The notes under the pieces are model-generated. The model had not been told where the DNA came from. It was given only the letters and a program-made list of their open reading frames with translations, and ran no database searches. This document shows positions 10,360 through 17,571 of a DNA stretch of 44,367 nucleotides, in pieces. Numbering within the stretch: the first letter of the stretch is position 1; every line of letters begins with the position of its first letter. Made by a program: the position numbers and the translations under genes. Source of the DNA: a virus (taxonomy: Duplodnaviria; Caudoviricetes); IMG/VR virus record IMGVR_UViG_3300044305_003822, positions 1 to 44,367 of that record. One strand, given 5' to 3'.

Positions 10360-10574
10360 TTTTTACCATTTCTAACAAATTCAAACCACATTTTTTGAGC
10401 AGTTTTTAAGTCAATATCACCGTTATCTAATTTAACTTTGATTTCTTGATAAACTATTTCCCTTCCTTCTTTATTATTACCTTTATGGGCATGTGCAAAT
10501 CCTATATACCCTAATACAAAAAGAAGAAATATTTGTAATAGTCTAATTTTATATAATATATCTCTAGTCATCAT
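10284..10574 (-). CDS. Small predicted secreted/membrane protein; the only credible minus-strand gene
   Basis: Fills the otherwise empty gap after nrdA; hydrophobic N-terminus ending AHA; ATATTTAT motif directly upstream on the minus strand (10577-10584); overlaps the nrdA 3' end by 76 nt. Confidence 0.6.
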   Translation of the reverse strand: MMTRDILYKIRLLQIFLLFVLGYIGFAHAHKGNNKEGREIVYQEIKVKLDNGDIDLKTAQKMWFEFVRNGKNQPSQEIQSAILEPKSPLITESVRK

Positions 10575-10588
10575 TCATAAATATATAA

Positions 10589-10631
10589 GTCATATTAAAG
10601 TCATATAAAATATGAAAGACGTCATATTAAA
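10589..10631. repeat. Three GTCATATWAAA direct repeats (Pho-box/OmpR-family-like site)
   Basis: GTCATATTAAA at 10589, GTCATATAAAA at 10600, GTCATATTAAA at 10621, between divergent genes. Confidence 0.55.
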
Positions 10632-10632
10632 C

Positions 10633-10661
10633 TTGGTTATTTCAATATCTTTTCGTATATT
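10633..10661 (+). promoter_or_regulatory. Putative sigma70-like promoter TTGGTT-N17-TATATT
   Basis: Exact 17-nt spacer; the -10 ends 6 nt before ATG 10668, suggesting a leaderless transcript. Confidence 0.7.
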
Positions 10662-10667
10662 GATTGT

Positions 10668-10904
10668 ATGAGAAAAAAATGGACTAAAGATGGGGGTTAC
10701 GCTAAAGTCCCGATCGCTATTGTATTTGCAACATCAAATAGGAAAAATGCAAGAATGAAAATGAAAGTAGTTCGCAATAGAAATATTGATGATTTGATAG
10801 ATTGTAATTTTGTTATTCCTGGAATACCTGCAAAAGCAATTATTAAAGAAGTTGGATTAGGAAATTATTTTATTCAAAAATATAAAGAAAAATATGGTTT
10901 ATAA
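10668..10904 (+). CDS. Hypothetical basic protein
   Basis: 78-aa ORF downstream of a promoter motif. Confidence 0.65.
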   Translation: MRKKWTKDGGYAKVPIAIVFATSNRKNARMKMKVVRNRNIDDLIDCNFVIPGIPAKAIIKEVGLGNYFIQKYKEKYGL

Positions 10905-11400
10905 TCCTCCACTTACTCGTAGACAACTTCAAAATAGATTCTCTAAATTACAAAAACTAAATTATAATCAATTTAGGTGGTGGAGAATGTATGAGAGTAA
11001 AATTAAACCTTTAAAAGGTAGAGCTTCATTTCGTGATCGTATTTTAAATGGAGATTATGATGTTTCTTGTTATTTAGACCAAGCTCATTGGTGTGAACAT
11101 GAAATAAATGATCTTCATAAAAGATATGACCATGATCCAGTTCAATTAAATGAGCATTCTAAAATATGGAAAGCTCGTCGTACTAGATTAATAGAAGATC
11201 ATGATAAAGAAGAACATGAAAAATTAACTGCAATTAGGGATGGATTTTTTCAAAATTTTCAAATTACTAAAGACGAAATTCAAAAAGAAATGCTTAATTG
11301 TCGTGGTTCCCTAATAGACCTTTATTACATTATAGAGGAAAAATACAAAATTAAATACGTAAAACATGAAAAAAGAGGTAGACCTAAAAAAATTACCTGA
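10894..11400 (+). CDS. Hypothetical protein with C-terminal AT-hook-like KRGRPKK
   Basis: 168-aa ORF overlapping the previous stop. Confidence 0.7.
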   Translation: MVYNPPLTRRQLQNRFSKLQKLNYNQFRWWRMYESKIKPLKGRASFRDRILNGDYDVSCYLDQAHWCEHEINDLHKRYDHDPVQLNEHSKIWKARRTRLIEDHDKEEHEKLTAIRDGFFQNFQITKDEIQKEMLNCRGSLIDLYYIIEEKYKIKYVKHEKRGRPKKIT

Positions 11401-11542
11401 TCCCAAAAAACATTTAATAGCATCCCTAATAAAATCTGTTGTAAGAATATTAGGATATTTTGCTTTGTTTTTTGACATTCACATGGCTGCCGCTTTATTA
11501 ATTCTTTCTGAAGTAGTAGGGATAGGTGAAGAATTAGTTTAA
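11366..11542 (+). CDS. Small membrane protein, 58 aa (not in ORF track)
   Basis: MKKEVDLKKLPDPKKHLIASLIKSVVRILGYFALFFDIHMAAALLILSEVVGIGEELV; fills the gap before thioredoxin. Confidence 0.65.
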   Translation: MKKEVDLKKLPDPKKHLIASLIKSVVRILGYFALFFDIHMAAALLILSEVVGIGEELV

Positions 11543-11555
11543 TTAAATTTTAAAA

Positions 11556-11804
11556 ATGAAAAAAATACTTTATTTTACAGCAGCATGGTGTGGTCCATGT
11601 AAAACACTAGGTCCTATAATGCAATCATTAAGTGGACAAATTAATTATGAAAAAGTAGACGTAGATAGTAGTAATGATTTATCTATACAATACGGGGTTA
11701 GAAATGTACCTTCTTTAATCTTAGTTGATGAAACAGGAGAAGTAAAAGGTAGATTAGTAGGAGTTCAATCTAAAGATGAAATATTAAATTTTTATAATGG
11801 GTAA
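11556..11804 (+). CDS. trxA: Thioredoxin
   Basis: FTAAWCGPCK active site; VRNVPSL cis-Pro loop. Confidence 0.93.
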   Translation: MKKILYFTAAWCGPCKTLGPIMQSLSGQINYEKVDVDSSNDLSIQYGVRNVPSLILVDETGEVKGRLVGVQSKDEILNFYNG

Positions 11805-12261
11805 ATTTCAATCAACAAAAATATTTGACGGATTTAGTACAGTATTTCGTCAATGGAAAGCAGAAGAAACTCACTGCAAATATCTTCATGGTTATGGAGT
11901 TTCATTTAAAGTATGGTTCGAAGGAGAACTAGATGAAAAAAATTGGGTTTGGGATTTTGGAGGAATGAAACGTGCCAAAACTCAAATTGATGGTATGTCC
12001 CCTAAAGAATGGATGGATCATATGTTTGATCATACTTTAGTAGTAGCAGAAGATGATCCATTTGTAGAATCATTTCAATCAATGGGAGTACATGGTGCAG
12101 CCCAAGTAAGAGTTATCCCAGCTGTTGGCGCCGAAAAATTTGCTGAATTTGTATTCAATAAATTAAATGAATTTGTAAAAACAGAAACTGAAGATAGAGT
12201 TAAAGTAGTAAGAGTAGAGTTTATGGAACACGGTAAAAATAGTGCTATTTATGAAGGTTAG
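11797..12261 (+). CDS. queD: 6-carboxy-5,6,7,8-tetrahydropterin synthase (PTPS family)
   Basis: HCKYLHGY, WVWDFG, FDHT, AEKFAE, E-x-x-KNSA; clustered with queC/queE/folE. Confidence 0.85.
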   Translation: MGKFQSTKIFDGFSTVFRQWKAEETHCKYLHGYGVSFKVWFEGELDEKNWVWDFGGMKRAKTQIDGMSPKEWMDHMFDHTLVVAEDDPFVESFQSMGVHGAAQVRVIPAVGAEKFAEFVFNKLNEFVKTETEDRVKVVRVEFMEHGKNSAIYEG

Positions 12262-13054
12262 TCATGAAGTTCCACGTTGTTTATTAAATAATAGTCGTGA
12301 ATTTAATGATTATGATTATTGTCTTCCTCATCTATTAGATAAAGATGAACACTATAAAAAATTCTTTTACGAATCTAAAAAACAAGGCCGTTATATAATA
12401 ATGGATAATTCACTTCATGAATTAGGAGAATCTTATGATTTTGAAAGATTACATTATTGGATTCAAGAATTAAAACCAAATGAGTTTATAGTACCTGATG
12501 TTTGGATGAAACATTCCCAAACAGCAGCTATGGCTAAGTATTGGAAACAATTTACATATCCTAAAGGTACTACTCCAGTAGCAGTTATTCAGGGAGAAGA
12601 TAAAAATGCTGCCTATTTATGTGCTGGATTATTAGTTGGTTTAGGTTATAAAAAATTATGTATTTCATATGGCGCAGATTGGTATAATGATTTTTTTCCT
12701 CACGTAAACGAAGATTTAGGAAAATCATTAGGTAGAATAAGATTTGTAAATGGTTTATTAAAATTAAAACAATATAAAGATATTCAATTCCATTTATTGG
12801 GATGTTCAGTACCCCAAGAATTTGGTTGGTATGATAATCATCCTCAAATAGAATCAATAGATACTTCAAATCCTATATTTGCAGCTTTAGAGAAAAATAT
12901 TTATAGCAGTAATGGATTAAACGAAAAACCAAAATTAAACATGAATACTTCTTTTAATATTGATGGAAGTAAAGTTAATTATAATAGTGTATTAAAAAAT
13001 ATTGAAATGTTTAGATCAATTAACGGATTAAAAAATTATGGCAGAAATAATTAG
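12251..13054 (+). CDS. Divergent TGT/DpdA-like TIM-barrel protein (candidate deazaguanine transglycosylase)
   Basis: IIMDNS, IVPD, VAVIQG, FHLLG, SIDTS occur in the order of TGT-family motifs; lies between queD and queC. ATG 12251 preferred over GTG 12242. Confidence 0.55.
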   Translation: MKVSHEVPRCLLNNSREFNDYDYCLPHLLDKDEHYKKFFYESKKQGRYIIMDNSLHELGESYDFERLHYWIQELKPNEFIVPDVWMKHSQTAAMAKYWKQFTYPKGTTPVAVIQGEDKNAAYLCAGLLVGLGYKKLCISYGADWYNDFFPHVNEDLGKSLGRIRFVNGLLKLKQYKDIQFHLLGCSVPQEFGWYDNHPQIESIDTSNPIFAALEKNIYSSNGLNEKPKLNMNTSFNIDGSKVNYNSVLKNIEMFRSINGLKNYGRNN

Positions 13055-13220
13055 ACATATTAGTGGAATGTGTGGTGAACATTTTCACCCAAACATTTGG
13101 CATCTTCTTGTAGGAGGATTTGGAATATCTACAATTTTATCTTATATTTTTTTATATATAAAATGTAGATTTAAAGCGTTTGCCTATACGCTTAATAATA
13201 CCTGGCAAAAAATTAAATAA
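13038..13220 (+). CDS. Small membrane protein
   Basis: 60 aa, His/Cys-rich N-terminus (HISGMCGEHFHP) plus one hydrophobic helix. Confidence 0.6.
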   Translation: MAEIIRHISGMCGEHFHPNIWHLLVGGFGISTILSYIFLYIKCRFKAFAYTLNNTWQKIK

Positions 13221-13228
13221 TAAATAAA

Positions 13229-14023
13229 ATGGCAAAAAATGTTGTAGTATCCTTATCTGGAGGGATGGATTCCTCTACTTTATTACTTAGATGTTTATCT
13301 GAGTATGATAATGTAACAGCTTTATCTTTTGATTATGGTCAAAAGCATAGAGTAGAACTTGAAAGAGCCCAACAATTAGTTGGTTATTTACTTCAAAAAG
13401 GTTTAAATGTAAATTACCAAGTAATTAAATTAGAAGGTTTACAAAACCTATTAAATTCGGCTTTAGTACAAGGTGGAAAAGATGTCCCAGAAGGACATTA
13501 TGAGCAAGATAATATGAAAGAAACTGTTGTTCCTAATAGAAATAAAATATTTGCTTCATTAACTCAAGCAGTAGCTTTATCTCAAGCTAATGCAAATGGA
13601 AATATTACTGATATAGCTTTAGGTATTCATGCTGGTGATCATGCTATTTATCCTGATTGCAGACAAGAATTTAGAGATGCAGATGATGCTGCCTTTAGAA
13701 TAGGAAACTGGGAAGCAGATAAAGTAGGTTATTTTACTCCATATTTAGAAACTGATAAATTAGGTATTTTGAAAGATGGAGAATTATTAGCAACCCATTT
13801 AAATTTAAATTTTGATGAAATATATAAAAGAACTAATACAAGTTATAAACCGTATCCTTCGGGAAATAGTGATTATAAAAGTGCCTCATCTGTGGAACGT
13901 ATTGAAGCGTTCATTGCTCTGGGTCGTAAAGATCCCGTACAATATGAAGATGACAGTGGAGAAGTGGAATGGAATACTGCGAAAACATATGTAGAAAAAG
14001 TATTAGCAGATTTTCCAGGATAA
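13229..14023 (+). CDS. queC: 7-cyano-7-deazaguanine synthase
   Basis: PP-loop SGGMDSST, FDYGQKH, VVPNRN, YPDCR; the canonical C-terminal Zn Cys cluster is replaced by non-Cys residues (TSYKP...SASSVER). Confidence 0.93.
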   Translation: MAKNVVVSLSGGMDSSTLLLRCLSEYDNVTALSFDYGQKHRVELERAQQLVGYLLQKGLNVNYQVIKLEGLQNLLNSALVQGGKDVPEGHYEQDNMKETVVPNRNKIFASLTQAVALSQANANGNITDIALGIHAGDHAIYPDCRQEFRDADDAAFRIGNWEADKVGYFTPYLETDKLGILKDGELLATHLNLNFDEIYKRTNTSYKPYPSGNSDYKSASSVERIEAFIALGRKDPVQYEDDSGEVEWNTAKTYVEKVLADFPG

Positions 14024-14041
14024 AAATCCTATTAAATTAAT

Positions 14042-14074
14042 AAAAGGTCATTTGGATACCCAAGTGGCCTTTTT
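14042..14074 (+). terminator. Intrinsic terminator hairpin after queC
   Basis: AAAAGGTCATTTGG-ATAC-CCAAGTGGCCTTTT, a 14-bp stem with two G-U pairs and a U-run. Confidence 0.7.
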
Positions 14075-14080
14075 TATATT
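14052..14080 (+). promoter_or_regulatory. Putative promoter TTGGAT-N17-TATATT for the tRNA locus
   Basis: 17-nt spacer; the -10 ends 7 nt before the tRNA 5' end. Confidence 0.7.
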
Positions 14081-14087
14081 CGTATAT

Positions 14088-14159
14088 CGCGACGTGGAGA
14101 AGTGGCATCTCGTTGGGCTCATAACCCAAAGGTCGTAGGTTCGAATCCTACCGTCGCAA
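14088..14159 (+). tRNA. tRNA-fMet (initiator, anticodon CAT)
   Basis: Full cloverleaf: CGCGACG/CGTCGCA with C1:A72 mismatch, anticodon arm TTGGG-CTCATAA-CCCAA (three G-C pairs), T arm GTAGG-TTCGAAT-CCTAC; CCA not encoded. Confidence 0.95.
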
Positions 14160-14166
14160 CTAAAAA

Positions 14167-14308
14167 TGCGAGATAGTTCAGTAGGTAGAACATTTGGATT
14201 GCTTGTTATCTAAAGCTAAGATAATAAGGCCAACTAAAAACAAAATTCGCGCGCAGAAAAGTAGTTTTTAGGTTCGGAAGGACGGGGGTTCGAGTCCCCC
14301 TCTCGTTG
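14167..14308 (+). ncRNA. tRNA-framed structured RNA with about 69 extra nt in the anticodon loop
   Basis: Acceptor TGCGAGA/TCTCGTT, D arm GTTC-AGTAGGTA-GAAC, variable AGGAC, T arm GGGGG-TTCGAGT-CCCCC; the insert has two hairpins. Confidence 0.7.
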
Positions 14309-14325
14309 CTAAGTAACCCTTTATA

Positions 14326-14333
14326 ATATTTAT
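14326..14333 (+). promoter_or_regulatory. ATATTTAT motif upstream of the tail-fibre-like gene
   Basis: Recurrent intergenic motif. Confidence 0.5.
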
Positions 14334-14358
14334 TAGTGTATTAAAAAACAGCTGTTAA

Positions 14359-15708
14359 ATGTCTACATTCACTAATAGGACAATAAAGTCTACCTATGAT
14401 CAGTTATTACACGTTGAAAACGAAAGAATCCAAAATGGATTAGGATATACTCGTCTAACTGCTTCTTTAGATTTATCCGGATCTACTGCACTAACAGGAT
14501 CTCTGCTTGTTAGTGGGGCAACTGCTTTTACAGGGTCTGTAAGTTTATCTGGAGATATGTACATAGACGGTACTGCTTCTATTTCTTATTTAGTAACTAC
14601 TTATGAATCTGCTTCCATTATATATGCTAGTGGTTCTACAAAATTCGGAGATTCTTTAGATGATACTCATGAATTTACTGGTAGTGTAACTATAACAGGT
14701 TCTTTAAATAGTCCTTATATTAGTGGTTCATTTAGTGGATCGTATCAAGGAGATGGTTCTGGTTTAACAGGAACTATAACTTCATCTCATGCAGTAACAG
14801 CAAGTCATGCAATTTCAGCTAGTTATGCTGTATCATCAAGTGAAGCAACATTGGCTACAAATGTATTTGTTCATCCTGATAATACAGATGCAAGTACAAA
14901 TTATGTTACATTTGGTCAAAGTGCATCTGGTAGTGCTAGAATTAATACTGATGATAGTTTTACTTATGTTCCTTCTACTAATACATTAACAGTTACAAAA
15001 GTTATAGGGGCATTAGAAGGAAATGCAACATCAGCGGATACTGCTTCTATAGTATTAGGTACAATTACAAGTGCTAGTTTTGCAGTTACAGCCTCATATG
15101 CTGAAAGTCAATCAGTAATAAATGTAACATCAGGTTCATTTGCCGCAAGTGGGGATGGTCCATTTACTGGTTCATTCTCTAGTAGTAGAGTTTCTATGTT
15201 ATCAGGATCATTTACAGGTTCTTCTACAGGTTCTTTTTCAGGATCATTTTCAGGTAGTGGGGATGCAATAAAAGGAGTAATATCATCTTCTTATGCAATA
15301 ACTGCTTCATTTGCTGAAAATGCAGGTGGTGGAACTTCAGGATTCCCACATACAGGATCAGCTGAGATAACTGGAGCATTAGCTGTTACAGGTGCTTTCT
15401 TTGCTACTAGTATAACAGAAACATCAGCATTAAGATATAAAGAAAACGTAACTGATTTGGATTCTGTATCTAGTTTATATAAATTACGTCCTGTTAAATT
15501 TAATTGGAAAGATTCAGGAAATGATGATATTGGATTAATAGCAGAAGAAGTAAATAAACATGTTCCTGAATTAGTACATCTTGATGAAGAGGGAGGAGCT
15601 GAAGGTATAAAATATTCTAAATTAACTTCTTTACTAATTAAAGCTGTACAGGATCAACAAAAAGAAATAAAGGATTTAAAATCTAGGTTAGATAATTTGG
15701 ATACTTAA
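14359..15708 (+). CDS. Ser/Thr/Gly-rich tail fibre/spike-like protein with C-terminal peptidase S74 intramolecular chaperone
   Basis: SGS/TGS and ASYA/ASFA repeats; TSALRYKENV...LRPVKFNWK...IGLIAEEV...YSKLTSLLIKAVQ plus coiled coil. Confidence 0.8.
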   Translation: MSTFTNRTIKSTYDQLLHVENERIQNGLGYTRLTASLDLSGSTALTGSLLVSGATAFTGSVSLSGDMYIDGTASISYLVTTYESASIIYASGSTKFGDSLDDTHEFTGSVTITGSLNSPYISGSFSGSYQGDGSGLTGTITSSHAVTASHAISASYAVSSSEATLATNVFVHPDNTDASTNYVTFGQSASGSARINTDDSFTYVPSTNTLTVTKVIGALEGNATSADTASIVLGTITSASFAVTASYAESQSVINVTSGSFAASGDGPFTGSFSSSRVSMLSGSFTGSSTGSFSGSFSGSGDAIKGVISSSYAITASFAENAGGGTSGFPHTGSAEITGALAVTGAFFATSITETSALRYKENVTDLDSVSSLYKLRPVKFNWKDSGNDDIGLIAEEVNKHVPELVHLDEEGGAEGIKYSKLTSLLIKAVQDQQKEIKDLKSRLDNLDT

Positions 15709-15725
15709 AAAAGTTATATTATATT
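15697..15725 (+). promoter_or_regulatory. Putative promoter TTGGAT-N17-TATATT for queE
   Basis: 17-nt spacer; recurrent motif. Confidence 0.7.
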
Positions 15726-15734
15726 GGAGCCCAA

Positions 15735-15774
15735 TTTGGTTCAAGTGACTGTAAAACCACTATAAAAAATTAAC
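15735..15774 (+). promoter_or_regulatory. PreQ1-I riboswitch-like element in the queE leader
   Basis: TGGTTC...CCACT-ATAAAAAATTAAC resembles the preQ1-I pattern GGUUC...stem-AUAAAAAACUAA and lies between the promoter and the queE ATG; the P1 stem is imperfect. Confidence 0.4.
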
Positions 15775-15778
15775 ATAT

Positions 15779-16552
15779 ATGATTAAACGACTAGAAGACT
15801 ATAATAAAGTCTTACCAATTCTTGAATTATACACCGCAGTACAAAGTGAAGGAAGCCGAGCAGGTTATCCTACTATTGTTGTAAGAACATCAGGTTGCAC
15901 CCATAGATGCTATTTTGGTGAAGGTGGATGGTGTGACTCTTGGTACACATCAATACACCCAGAAAAAGGTAAATACACTTTCAATGACATAATTGAAATG
16001 TATGATAAATACCCTCATATTAATGAAATGATGCTAACAGGAGGTTCTCCTACTATGCATCCTACTATAGTAAATGAATTAACACATTTAGCTCATGAAA
16101 GAGATATTTTTATTACTATTGAAACTGAAGGAAGTCATTTTCTCCAAACTGATTATCCTATTAATTTACTTAGTATTAGTCCTAAGTTTTCCAATAGTGT
16201 ACCTGTATTGGGAGTGGAAACACCTCAGGGCGCTATTACGGATGAAAAAATGGTCAAAAGACATAATAAATTTAGATTAAATAAAGATGCAATTAAAAAA
16301 AGTATTAATTATCATTCTGATTACCATATCAAGCCTGTCCTTGACAAAGAGCTTTCGATGGTTGAAGAAGTTGAAGAATTCATTAATGAATTAAATATTC
16401 CTAAATCAAAGGTATGGGCAATGCCCGCTGGAGATACTCGTGTTTCTTTAGTAGAAAGTTATCCTGTAGTTATGGATTTTGTAAGAGATAGAGGATGGAG
16501 ATTTACTGGACGTTCTCATATAATGGCTTTTGATACACAACGGGAAGTATAA
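15779..16552 (+). CDS. queE: 7-carboxy-7-deazaguanine synthase (radical SAM)
   Basis: ELYTAVQSEG...G.P...VRTSGCTHRC-(insert)-WCDS, LTGGSP, IETEGS, SISPK. Confidence 0.9.
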   Translation: MIKRLEDYNKVLPILELYTAVQSEGSRAGYPTIVVRTSGCTHRCYFGEGGWCDSWYTSIHPEKGKYTFNDIIEMYDKYPHINEMMLTGGSPTMHPTIVNELTHLAHERDIFITIETEGSHFLQTDYPINLLSISPKFSNSVPVLGVETPQGAITDEKMVKRHNKFRLNKDAIKKSINYHSDYHIKPVLDKELSMVEEVEEFINELNIPKSKVWAMPAGDTRVSLVESYPVVMDFVRDRGWRFTGRSHIMAFDTQREV

Positions 16553-16713
16553 TGAAAAATGTATGGAGGCTGTGGGCCAAGGCATTAGGAGAGAAAATAG
16601 GAAATTCAAAAGAAGCAGATAAGATAGCTATTATAAGAACTTTTATAGTGGCACAAGCTGTAGTATGTAATGCTTTTATAGTTTGGAATATCTTAAAACG
16701 TTGGAATGAATAA
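16552..16713 (+). CDS. Small membrane protein, 53 aa (not in ORF track)
   Basis: MKNVWRLWAKALGEKIG...IAIIRTFIVAQAVVCNAFIVWNILKRWNE; TAATG coupling with the queE stop. Confidence 0.7.
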   Translation: MKNVWRLWAKALGEKIGNSKEADKIAIIRTFIVAQAVVCNAFIVWNILKRWNE

Positions 16714-16846
16714 AGAAGAAGCATTAGAAGTTTTAGAAGAAATAAAAGAAAATGTAAATACATGTTGTGCCATTACTATGGATCCTGACGACGTGTTAGA
16801 TTTAATTGAAAAATTAGAAGAATATTTACAAAAAATTGGAGATTAA
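16706..16846 (+). CDS. Small acidic protein, 46 aa (not in ORF track)
   Basis: MNKEEALEVLEEIKENVNTCCAITMDPDDVLDLIEKLEEYLQKIGD; overlaps the previous stop. Confidence 0.65.
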   Translation: MNKEEALEVLEEIKENVNTCCAITMDPDDVLDLIEKLEEYLQKIGD

Positions 16847-16864
16847 ATTAAAATTTATTATATT
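16836..16864 (+). promoter_or_regulatory. Putative promoter TTGGAG-N17-TATATT for folE
   Basis: 17-nt spacer; recurrent motif. Confidence 0.65.
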
Positions 16865-16875
16865 AAGTTATATAC

Positions 16876-17571
16876 ATGAGTAAAAATAGAAAACAAGTTC
16901 ATAAAGAACTAGAAGTAGTACAAGAAGGTTTTGCAAATGGTGTTGCACCTGGTTATCCCCTTTCCCCTGTAGATCAACAAACAATGATTAATAATGCAGC
17001 TGAAAAGTATGGAGAATTTCTTACTGCTTTAGGATGTGATTGGAAAAATGATCCAAACTCCTCAGATACACCAATGCGTGTAGCAAAAGCTTACGTAAAA
17101 GATTTATGGAAAGGCAGATATAATGAAATGTCTGACATAACCTCATTTCCATCAGATGGTTATGATGGTATAGTAATAGAAAGAAACATTCCACTTACAT
17201 CAATGTGTTCTCACCACCACCAAACAATTCAAGGTGTAGTACATATAGGTTATGTTGTAGGTGAAGAAGGTAGAGTAATCGGTTTATCAAAATTAAATCG
17301 TATTGTAGAATTATTTGGTAGAAGAGGAGCAATTCAAGAACAATTAACCTCAGCTATCCATAATGCAGTAAATAAAATTTGTCAAAATAATAAAGGTGTT
17401 ATTGTAACTGTTGTAGGAACTCATAACTGTGTATCCTGTAGAGGTGTTAAACATCAAGGTGCTTCAATGGTTACCACTAAAGTATCAGGAGTATTTTTTG
17501 ATAATAAAAATGTAGCACGTAAAGAATTTTTTGATAGTGTAAAAATAAACAATGGAAACCATCCAGTATGA
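16876..17571 (+). CDS. folE: GTP cyclohydrolase I
   Basis: DTPMRVAK, SMCSHH, GLSKLNRIV, IQEQLT, HNCVSCRGV. Confidence 0.95.
   Translation: MSKNRKQVHKELEVVQEGFANGVAPGYPLSPVDQQTMINNAAEKYGEFLTALGCDWKNDPNSSDTPMRVAKAYVKDLWKGRYNEMSDITSFPSDGYDGIVIERNIPLTSMCSHHHQTIQGVVHIGYVVGEEGRVIGLSKLNRIVELFGRRGAIQEQLTSAIHNAVNKICQNNKGVIVTVVGTHNCVSCRGVKHQGASMVTTKVSGVFFDNKNVARKEFFDSVKINNGNHPV

Noticed and set aside
14167-14308. tmRNA, tRNA-Sec or group I intron-containing tRNA-Ala(TGC)
   Set aside because: It has a full D stem and no G3-U70 pair, and is far too short for tmRNA; the insert is in the anticodon loop rather than the variable arm; about 69 nt is too small for a group I core, and excision would leave A32 and a pyrimidine at 37.
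16876-17571. folE and the PTPS-family gene as folate/biopterin auxiliary genes
   Set aside because: Co-location with queC and queE, and no folB/folK/folP in the window, fit preQ0 synthesis better.
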